DNA of 64,000 nt from Antedon mediterranea. Lineage: Eukaryota; Animalia; Echinodermata. A program made the position numbers and the translations under genes. The notes under the pieces were generated by a model. It was given only the letters and a program-made list of their open reading frames with translations. It was not told the DNA's origin and did not search any database. Positions 49,988-61,300 of this stretch are shown here, piece after piece. Within the stretch, counting starts at the first letter, position 1, and each line of letters opens with the position of its first letter. The stretch covers positions 15,996,001 through 16,060,000 of the forward strand of contig NC_092674.1 of assembly GCF_964355755.1 (NCBI RefSeq), given 5' to 3'.

Positions 49988-50590
49988 ACTAGAGGGTACT
50001 CCGAGAGTACAAACCTCCGCCTACTGTAAAATTCCCCTACATAAAATGCCCCCTGAATATTTTTTTTTTTACATTTTTTTTTATTAGTTCTAAGTCTAAA
50101 TATGTTAACTGCACACTACAAAGTTGTGGATGACAGTGTGGTGTAATGGTTATGTGGCCAGCCTCTCACAGTTGAGATCGCTGGTTCAAGTCCCACTGAG
50201 GGTTTTTTTTTTTTATTATTTTTTTATTTATTTTTTTTTTTGTTGTGGACCTTGATCTTTGACCCTGACCCTTCAAAATTTAACCACAATTATATGATGT
50301 GTCATTGATCATTGTGGCTAAGTTTGGTGAGAATCGGATCAAAACTGTGGTCTCTAGGCAGTAAAATAGTTTTTTGTTAGTTATGACCTTGACCTATGAC
50401 TTTTCCCCCTCAAATTCGAACTCGTCTGAGCTTTTTGGGCATAGATCATTGTGTCCAAATTTGGTTAGAATCGGATACAAACTGTGGCCTCCAGGCTGTT
50501 CACAGACACACACACACACACACACACACCCCCAAACACACACACAAACATACAGGGGTGAAAACATAACCTCTTTGGCGGAGGTAATAA
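49988..50590 (-). mobile_element. Helentron-type family B (ACCTCCGCC) with an internal tRNA-like cassette and (CA)n
   Basis: actag, hairpin gtactccgagagtac, acctccgcc ... acctctttggcggaggtaataa. Confidence 0.85.
50130..50202 (+). pseudogene. tRNA-derived sequence with A and B boxes followed by oligo-T
   Basis: TGGTGTAATGGTT ... cctctcac ... GGTTCAAGTCC, then a T run; the acceptor stem is not intact. Confidence 0.6.
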
Positions 50591-51228
50591 GTATGCGTTA
50601 ATGGAATTAATTTTAAAAATTTTATTTAATAAATAGTATTAAAATTCATTTTATTCTTTATCTGTGCTTAATTATACACAAAAATGACTATAGTTAAAAA
50701 CAGTATTAAACGGCATCGTACATTAATGTTATTTGCTGTTTATTCGAAGGTAATCCTATTCTTTACACTGTGCTCAAGTATACCAACATGACTATAGTTG
50801 AGAACAGTGGTAAACTGGATCGTACATTAATGTTATTTGTTGTATTTTGTTAAGTTTATTCTATTCTTTATCACCATGTTCAAGTATACCAAAATGATCG
50901 TATATTAATGTTATCTGTTGTATATTGTTAAATTTACCCGAGTCTTTATCACTCTGTGCTCAAGTATTCAAGTATACCAAAATAACTATAGTTAACAGTA
51001 TTAAACGGAACATTGTTTAACGGGATCGTACATTAATGTTATTTGTTGTATTGAGTTTATCCTTTGCTTTACTGTGCTTTGATTTGCTAAGCAAGTTTGG
51101 TTTCCCCGCCCCCATATTCTGTCTACTAAATTAGGATTCCCTGGCTTCTTTTCTATAAAAATTGAAGTACCCACAATCCGCGTTATGCGGAAGTCATATT
51201 CTTGTGAAATACAGAGACAACACCATAA

Positions 51229-51901
51229 TATGGAACGCCGTTTACGCAACATTTTGATGATATGAATTTTATGACGCGATATGTGAATGAAATGCATCGA
51301 TATGAATTGAATGGCGCGATATATGAATGAAATGTTTTGAATTGAATGTTTTGAATTGAATGTTTTGAATGAAATGTTTTGAATGAAATGTTTTGAATGA
51401 AATGTTTTGAATTGAATGTTTTGAATAAAATGTTTTGAATGAAATGTTTTGAACGAAATGTTTTGAATGAAATGTTTTGAATGAAAATGTTTGAAGGATC
51501 CATATTGATGACAGCGTGGAAAGGAGATGAGGGTACCCACGCTTAGGCCTAAGAGGTTGAGAACAAAATCGCGAGAGGGAATGACATACGCCACCAATAG
51601 TTTGACTTTTCAATTCAATTCAAACATTTCATTCAAAACATTTCATTTAAAACATTTAATTCAAAACATTTAATTCAAAAAATTTCATTCAAAACATTTC
51701 ATTCAAAACATTGCATTCAAAACAATTTATTTAAAACATTTCATTCAAAACATTTCATTCAAAACATTTCATTCAAAACATTCAATTCAAAGCATTCAAT
51801 TCAAAACATTTCATTCATATATCGCGCCATTCAATTCATATCTTCACGTATCGCGTCATAAAATTCATATCATTGAAATGTTGCGTAAACGGCGTTCCAT
51901 A
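51229..51901. mobile_element. Foldback MITE: arms of about 270-290 bp with 14-bp subrepeats around a spacer of about 115 bp
   Basis: tatggaacgccgtttacgcaacattt ... aaatgttgcgtaaacggcgttccata; (gaatgaaatgtttt)n faces (aaaacatttcattc)n. A solo end lies at about 8231. Confidence 0.92.
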
Positions 51902-52361
51902 CTTTTATATTATTATTATATCTAGTGTCTTAAAAAGGAAGGATCCCTACTCCTCCTCTCCAATCCGATCCACAGGAGTTCTTCTACGACGCATGTGTAG
52001 ATATCTTCTACGTCACTTAAAAAAAACTGTAAATAAAATGAGCGAGTAGTGTATGCAATCGTTCATATGGTTCATAAATGTCACTATCACTACTGTTTAG
52101 TACTGTATTAATACAATTTGGATTAGAACATTTACCAGAAAGGTAGAAAAAACATCAAACCTTTGAGAATTCTCAACCAGAATTAGCAGCCGGAAATGTC
52201 TTTCTCATTTTTGGAGCAGCTATAATAATACAACAGCGCAAAACGTCACAAACAAGCTGGGCGAATCGACCTGGCTGGCGGCTAGTACTAACTAGGCCTA
52301 GCCTAGGCGTTTTTTTTTTTCGTATACAGTATTTCTAAGTACACGAGGAAAAGATTAGGAG

Positions 52362-55300
52362 ATGTTTTTGTTAAATGTGTTCTTGCTCCCTGTGTTACTA
52401 CACAGTTGTGTTGTTTTTGTTATAGGAATTGATTTTATTAGGCAAAACAATGACACTCTTCTTACTAGTAGGCCTAGCCTTATTAATTTGAGGGCTTCAC
52501 CTTCGCCGCCCCTACCTATTATTAGCATTACTAATATTAAAAAGTATACTAAACAGAGAGACCACAATTTAGGCCTACATGCAATTGACAAGAAGAAGGA
52601 TCCAGCAGTGGGCCTAGATGAGGGCGTAATTTCTGGTAATGTTTCATTTTCTTCAAAATATCACACCAAAGTGATTCATGAACACTTCAAAACTAAAAGG
52701 AGTCCCATAATACTAGGTAAAAATAAAAGTAAACAAATAAAGGGAATGGAGGATAGAACTAGTAGTAGTAGTAGGGCATATGCTACAGGAGATGTGATTA
52801 TTGGAGGACTTTTTCCGGTGCATCTAACTGATGATGATGAAATTCAATGTGGGAAGATTCAAATACGTTCTGGCTTGTGGACAGAAAGTATGATTTATGC
52901 AATAAAAGTTGTTAATAACAATGATAGTGTGTTGCCAAGTACTACTCTTGGGTATGACATTCGTGATGATTGTTCAGATACAAGCCGAGCATTACAGGTG
53001 AGTAGCCGTAGCTAGCTGCCAGCATGTACACAAATGTTATATGGAGGAGATTATTTGCAAAAAAGTACTATTTAGTATAATATGATGTTAAATAGTATGT
53101 ACTAATGCATGTGACCTATTCAATTCTACCCCGCCTTCATTTTACTGTACCTTTGTTTCAACAAACTGTCACTTTCCTCTTTTCCAATGACCATAATTTC
53201 CGTCTTTTTATGACGTACCAAATCCAAGGTGGGTGAATCACAGAAGAAAAACGAATTTATAAATAAATGGGATTTATAGCAGGCCACAATTAATACTAGA
53301 ATTAGAAAATGTCAACCAATTTGGTTACTCAAATCCAGTGTCAAAACATGTACTGTTATTCTTCTAGCAACTGCTCTAGCTCTTCTAGCCATCATCGTGT
53401 GTGTGACTACTGTACTGTATAAAAAAATCAAATAAACTTTTCTCTGTCAGACAATCGGGATCAGAAAATAAGGTCCCGATCATCTTAAGTGTTTGGCCTG
53501 AGTATCGTCTGATGTGTTCAAAATCATATTGATCCCGATTGTGCCATTTAAACAATCCATGTATACCTGGTAAATTCCACCACTACCCTACTCTGTGGAG
53601 GGCATGTTATGCCACTGGTTTTTGCGTTTAATACTTGTGTATACTGTAAGTGTTTCAAAAAGAAAATAATAATATTACAGGTCAGGGGCTCTTCTCTGTA
53701 TCATTGATAATGATTTTGCATAATGTCAAAACATATTTTCTCTCAATTTAGCAAACACTAGATTTTATAGATGCAAATTCTGATAAAGGTTCTGAAACAT
53801 GTTCAAATGAAGTAAAAACTGTGGGAGTTGTTGGAACAGGCAAGAGTTCTACATCAAAAGTGGTTTCTGATCTGCTCAGTAAGTTAATAGATTATAAGGG
53901 CTTCAGATACGAGTCATATAAAAAAAAATTATGTTTTAAACTAATCTTTTATGTAAAATATGATAGGTACACAAGTTTAGTTTATTTTCAGCTGGCTAAA
54001 AATAAACTATGAAATAGTCACTATGACGAATTATAGGTTATATGCATTGATTTAAATAAAGATAATAGATTTTTAAAAGATATATTGATTGATTGATTTT
54101 CTCAGAATCTTTAATTATTTATAATATATGATAGGATCTTGCTAACACAAATACAATAGCCGGTATCACAATCCGATCACAGATCCCTATGCGATGTCAT
54201 AAACCACATTTGTTACATAATAATAAAGACATAAGTTACTTTTTATCTAGATTTCATTATAAATCATGTGTATAATCTATACACTAAGAAATAAATTGAA
54301 CAAACAATACGGATAATAAAAAAAATCTTATTTCGTTTCCCAAGGGGAGACTCGATCTCGGTACCTTGAATGCCATAGACACGAGCACAGACCACCGAGC
54401 CATACACAACTCACTACTACAAGTTGTAGAAGAATTCCTCCGTGTATTTACTATGCAGTAACCACTTTGGTGGAGATAGATTATTATTACATATCACAAT
54501 GAATTATAATTTTTTACTATGATAACATCTTTAATATATGAACATTTTAAGAAAGAAAGTTAATGTTAAGTTTGTTATTTTGGCCTAAGAAAATGCCCTA
54601 ATTTGTTTGATTGTCGGAATATAATTTTTTTAATTTAATATGCAATAAATGATGACTTAATTAACTTTTGTTCTCTTAATTTCATAATAAATCATACATA
54701 TGATACATTTACTTCAAGAAAATGAAATGAAAAATAGGTGTTCCCGAGCATTCTGATGATCTATATTAATTTTAAAATTTAATAATAATAATTGACGGAC
54801 AAAACAGTGCTATGGAAAGAATAAATAAATAAAGATCCTGACAGAATCAATATCAATAGGTTATATGCATGATAATGCATATACGGTAACCTAATAAAGA
54901 TTCTGACAGAATCAATAGGTTATACTGTATGCATGATAATGCATATAACCTAATATTTACCTTCACCAAGGATGTATATGTAAATCGATCACGTGTGTTT
55001 GTATGTTTGTTTGTTAGCAGGATTACTCAAAAAGTAATTACAAGATCATTCCCAAAATGAAAATACAGATACAGTAGATATGTGGTTAAGGACCATTCCA
55101 TTACCTTTTAGGGAATCCAGACCATGGTCCCAATTCTGGACCACTTTTTAAAATTATTTTCAGACTTGCTACAGTAGTGTTAAAAGATAGGACAGAAATT
55201 TCAAAAGCTGGTGAGCAGTAACAAGTAAACTAAAATTGCATTTTCTCGAGAACTACTTCTCCAAAAAACTTTATTTTTGTACAACAGGCAAGAGTTATAA

Positions 55301-58300
55301 TTTGTAATTTTAAAACATAATTTGATTCAATATGCACGTTTTTTGATGCGAGTAGTTTAAAACCCTATTTCTTTTCAAATTCACTCGTTTGATTTTCGCG
55401 TTGCTGTTCTATTGTTAGTCAACTAAAGCTATTGTTAATTGAAATGCTTGTTACATAACCATTATACCAAACTCGCATACACATGCTTGTAGTAAAATTA
55501 GCCTAAACCACACACAGCATTAAGACACACACTTTCTGGTGACTAAATCTGATGTAGAAGAATTTTACAGTAGGCGGAAGTATGCACTCTCGGAGTGGCT
55601 TTCTAGTTAAAAAGGGTATCAGTATGGTTTTAAAAATCATTTTGCGTTTCTTTTATTTAACAATAACATTATTTTTGGGCGAAAGGTATATACAGCACCC
55701 TCCGCTATTCCTATATAGAATGCAACCAGGCCCATCATTTCTTAACTTTAGTGATCTGACGAGAACCAGTGTTTCAACACAGTATGGCCATATGTGGGAA
55801 TGTTTAATTTCCCACAATTTTTGTTTGATCATGTACAATACAATATAATCAGAGAGTAACAGTAACACCTTACATTCTATTACATTTACTACTAATGTAC
55901 GTACAGTACTTGATATGACAGTTGAAGTTGAGTTTGTTATCAAGGACAAGAACAACACCGAGCGAGGTCTTTGTGGTTCCATCAAGAGTGTGATTATTAA
56001 TATGATATTGGAAAATAATAATTTTACATTTCTTAACACTAATAAGCATACCCCAAGTTTTACACCACTTGCAGAACGCATCAAGATCTGTCCAAAGTCG
56101 ATGTGAATCTTCAATACTGGTAATCTGCCGAATGAGTTTCATGATGGGCTGTAAAGCAAGCATTGTGAAATAAGATTAAGTGGAAAATCATTATAAGTTA
56201 AAATACAATGCATAAATGTCCTCACATATTTCCACGGATTCTAAGTACTCCTGCACTACTATTATTGAACTAACAATAATATCTTGTTTGTTATTTCAGC
56301 TTTGTTTAAAATTCCTCAAATAAGTTATTCAGCTACAGCCGCAGAATTCAGCAAAAAATCACGATTTCCTTATTTCTTTCGAACTGTCCCTTCTGACAAG
56401 CACCAAGCCCATGTTATGTGTGAAATAGCCAAGAAGTACAAATGGAATCTTGTTGATATAATTTACTCCAATGATAATTATGGTATTGAAGGTCGAGAAG
56501 AATTAGAAAAGAATTTCCGAAAGGCTGATATATGTGTTGGTCAGAGTCTGATTATAAAGGATAAGCAAAATGCAGAACAAGAAATAGTAACAAAGTTAAA
56601 GGAAAGCAAATCTGAGGTAGGGTTACAATTTTTATGATAAATAAATTTCAAGCCATTATATATCGGGTGAGAGAGTTTATTCATGTGAAAAGCCACAAAA
56701 GGATTGATGGGCTGATTATGTAGATGGATTATAAAAAATCGATTTAATCACAGAAAAAAGTTGTTGGACATGGTCCCCATATGTGTATACAATGTTAAAA
56801 CAACAATGACCGCAACTTTATCCTTGCCCAAGTTGCCCGAAAAAGTGACCACTTTCATATCAAGAGCCACACAGCTAATTCATTTTTCATTGTAACTGTT
56901 GCACATTGGGATGCACAAAAATAGGGTAATATTTACAATGCAAAAGGAATTAGACTTTAATGGCTCTTCGAGTCTTGTAGGGAACAGAGTCAGAATGTTT
57001 GGGCTATTGCCTTGGCAGGATAAATTTTCTGTCAATTGTATTTTGTGCATCCCAATGTGTATACAGTTACAATGCAAAAGGAATTAGCCGTGTGGCTCTT
57101 GACATGATTATCATTATTTTTGAGTGGTCACTTGGGTCTACTGTCTCAGGCAACTTACAGGATAAAGTTGCTGTCATTGTTGTTTTAAACATTGTATACA
57201 CATATGGGAACTAGAAAGCCACTCCGAGAGTGCATACCTCCGCCTACTGTAAAATTCTCCTACATAAGATTTCTCCGGTAAAAAAACATTAAATCAAATT
57301 ATGTTTTAAAATTACAAATCACAAATTATAACTCTTGTACAAAAATGAAGTTTTTTGGACAAGTATTTCTCGAGAAATTCAATTTCAGTTTACTTGTTAC
57401 TTTAGGACTGCTCGCCGGCTTTGAAAAATTCTGTCCTATCTTTTAACACTAGCAGGTCTGAAAAGTATACTCAAAAAGTGGTCCAGAATTGGGACCATGG
57501 TCCCAAATTTAATGGAATGGTCCTTGACAACATATTTATCTGTATATTTATTTTGGTAAAGATCTTGTACCGGTAATTACTTTTTGAGTAATCCTGCTAA
57601 CAAACAAACACACACATGCTACTGATTACATATACCTCTATGGCGGAGGTAAACAATGTCCAACAACTTTTATCTGTGTGGCTTTTCACATGATTAAATC
57701 CATTTTTTACCCCAGTTGTCCCCAGAATAAATTTACAGGATACTAGGACCCGGCAGCAATATTGATTATTGAATCTTGGTCATATATCTACATAATCGGC
57801 CCATCAAACCTTTTGTGGCTTTTCACATTGAATAAACTCTCTGGGCGCCCGTTCTATTACTGTATTTCCAGATAAATAAAGTTTGTTCTGATTAATTTCA
57901 TTAATTAAAAAAATGTTAAATACTGTAGTACTTCTTACTATTTTAGGTCATCTTCACATTTTGTGAAAAATATTACATTTCTAAAATTCTTAAAGAAGCG
58001 GATAAACGAAACATGATGAATAAAACATGGATTGCTTGTGATTCCTGGGCTAATAGTAATCAAGTGATTAAAAATTATGAACATGTTGTACATGGAATGC
58101 TGGGAGTTATTCCTATGTCTGGTGTAGATCAAGAATTCAATGAGTAAGTACTTTTAACTAACGCTGTTGGGAGGGGGGGGGGGGTTGATATGACAAATAA
58201 ATTGCAAATTTGTCTTGAATTTATATTAAATAACTTTTAAATATAATTATCAAAATCAAAGCATGTCATTCTTATGCATGTTTCTTATTTTGTAGATACT

Positions 58301-61300
58301 TGTTAAAAATGAATCCATATACAAATACAAACCCTTTCTACAAACAAACATTAGAAAAACTGCACAATTGCTCATTATCGAATTATGTTGAAAAACGACG
58401 ATGTACAAGTAACGATACCTTCAAGGATATCATTGATATTGATATTTGGTCTGCATTTGTTATGGACTCTGTGTACGCATTTGCATATGCATTGGATGAC
58501 TTGTATAGAAACCATGGTAAGTACATTTATTATGTCTGATATCAAATGTCATAATTTGTAAATAATACTTATCAATTACATTTTAAACTATGCAATATAA
58601 CTTTGCCTGTAGGACCTAAGTTTATATAGTTTGAGATTGTCTCACAATGACCTTTTGCTAGTCATACAGTGCCACAAAATAAGTAATTTAGAATATATTA
58701 ATTATTAGGGCGAGTTTCGAATGAATCAATCTTTTGTTGTTATTTTTTTTACTCTTCGACAATGATGCAATGGGACAGGAATCATAAAAATCCTCATGTT
58801 TTCATATGCCTAGAAGCATAATCATTCAATTTTAATTAAACCTTCTCACTTTTTGATCCTCCCACTTAATGTTGGTTGTTTTGTTCAATGTGAAAAAGTA
58901 GCATCTATTTCTAATGGTTATTATTATGGTGAAAAGTTTATAAATATTTTAATGGAAACATAATGGCTAAACGAGCATACCTCTTCCTGATGCCTGCCAC
59001 CACTATATCCGGATACTATAATATGAAAAATATCCACCTTAAATATGTTACTATACAATGAGTATACTGTTTTGAAATATGATTAATATTACGATTATTA
59101 CCTTTTTTTAGGAGACTACAACAATTATGCAGATTACATTAAGAATGTGTCATTTAAAGGTGTGACCAAGGAAAGGTTTGGTTTTGACAATAATGGTGAT
59201 CCTTATGCTAGATACAAAATATTCAACTTACAGGTAAAATGTACATTGCCTTTTATAAAAGCCCTATCAAACCACCACCTCTCTATTCCAATATAAAATA
59301 AATATTCTGTCCAATTTTAATTATTTTATTTTTAATGTAAACAGAAATCTAACAAGTTTGAAAAGGTAATGGAATGGGATCCAGATGAAGGTTTTACTGT
59401 TCAAAATACCCAGACTCAATGGAAAAATGGAATGAATCCACCTATAGGAAGATGCTCTGAATCGTGTCCATCTGGAACATACCAGCAGGCGGGAAAACTT
59501 GCCTGCTGTTGGTTTTGTGAACCTTGCGAAGGTGATCACTTTTTTTCTGTTTATAAACCAATTACAACTATGAATGAATGAAAAGGAAGTCATGATTTAA
59601 TATGTTGGTAGTTATTTTATATATTAAAATCAACTAAAATATTGACTTGATTATAAATATTCAAAAAATCTTATTTTATGCTATATCATCTACATTATAT
59701 ATTCTATCTTTAATTCTACATATTGTTGAAGGCCAGGTGCGAGTAAAAAATGTCTATCGATCATACATTCCAATAATTATCGATCTATAGTTTCCCCTAA
59801 GTTTCATAATTTTGGGACTTTATTTGTGTTACACAAGCTTGTTGAAAATAAGCAGTTTGTTATCAGGGGGGGAGGCGGAATAAGTTCAAATTAAACAGTA
59901 AAATCTCAATTCTTTTGTACACAAATGTTGTAATAGAGAGGCATTTTTAAAAACTATGAAAAATAAATGGTGTGGTAAAAAATGATTTCTCTTACAAATA
60001 TTTGATTTATGTACAATTAACAAGATATTATATATAAAATGTATGCCTGTACCTGAGCTTAAAAAATCTATTGTATGGCCAACAACTGTTTTTAATTTTT
60101 TTTTTCTTCATAAGCAGATAGATGGTACACTACTACAAGTGATGAAAAGGCATGTCTATTGTGCGAGAAAGGATTTAGTGTTAATCCTGAACAAACGGAC
60201 TGCTTGCAAAATGATATTGTTTACCTTGAATGGTCTTCATCGGCTACAATTTTACTAATTGTGTTTGTGATACTAGGAATGATATTAGCCATAGGTTGTC
60301 TAATAGTATATATCAGGTATCGTAATACACCCACAATCAAAGCTACCAGTACTGAGCTAAGCTATGTCCTTGGTATTGGAGTTATTGTCAGCTTCTTGTG
60401 CACATTCATGTTCATGGGAAAGCCAACAGATTTTATCTGCAATGCACGTTTAGTAATGATGGGTGTAAGCTTCTCCATTTATGTTGGTGCTTTGCTTATG
60501 AAGACCAATCGAATCTCTAGAATATTTAATCGAAAATTATCTGATGGCAGCCCGTCCATTTACTTGAACATCAAGGTAAGATGCATTCAAATATAAAGTA
60601 ATTTGTGACTAGAAAATTCAATATTAAAATATATGATTTTTTAGTCTCGCATCAATTTAATTTTACGTTATGCAAAAATTGACCATATTATTTGTGTGCT
60701 CGGGACACCCCCACAAACAAACAAATATAAAAATTGAAAAACAAAAATGAAGAATACTTATTCTTGCAGCATTGATTATTACATTTTAATACTTGCTACT
60801 GCATATTATAATAAGGTTTTTTTTATAGATTGTTATAATATTATATGTAAACTTTTATTACATGATTTTACTGTGAAAAAATTCAGTTGAGATACAAACT
60901 TAACATAACAAATTCATGGACTATATTTCTTATTCTTAATTTATCTCACCAACTCATTTTTGTTGTGAGTTTTAAATGTTCCTTGTTTGTTGCAGTACCA
61001 GCTGCTGTTTATATTTGTAATTGTGATGATACTTGTAGTTGTACAAGGTATGCTTATCTACTCCTCTCCTTCAATACAAGAGTATTATTTGTCAACGACT
61101 ACCACCTACATTCAATGCAAGCACAGTTCTTTGGCTGAACCAGTTGCAGTTATAGGTAAACACTATGCAGTTTTAGTAACTATCAATTTTACCACTTGAA
61201 GACTTGACTTCTGTAATGAATTATTTTTTGGCTCAAAGAAATCAAACGTTTTCAACTTTTACAAAGGGAAGCTGCTAGGCTGGTGTACCCCTTAGGAAAT

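Noticed and set aside
50130-50202. Functional tRNA gene
   Set aside because: Acceptor and anticodon stems do not pair properly, and the sequence is embedded in a repeat.
51001-51613. Three overlapping ORFs with KHFIQNISFKTFHS repeats
   Set aside because: Translation of the 14-bp subrepeats in a foldback arm.
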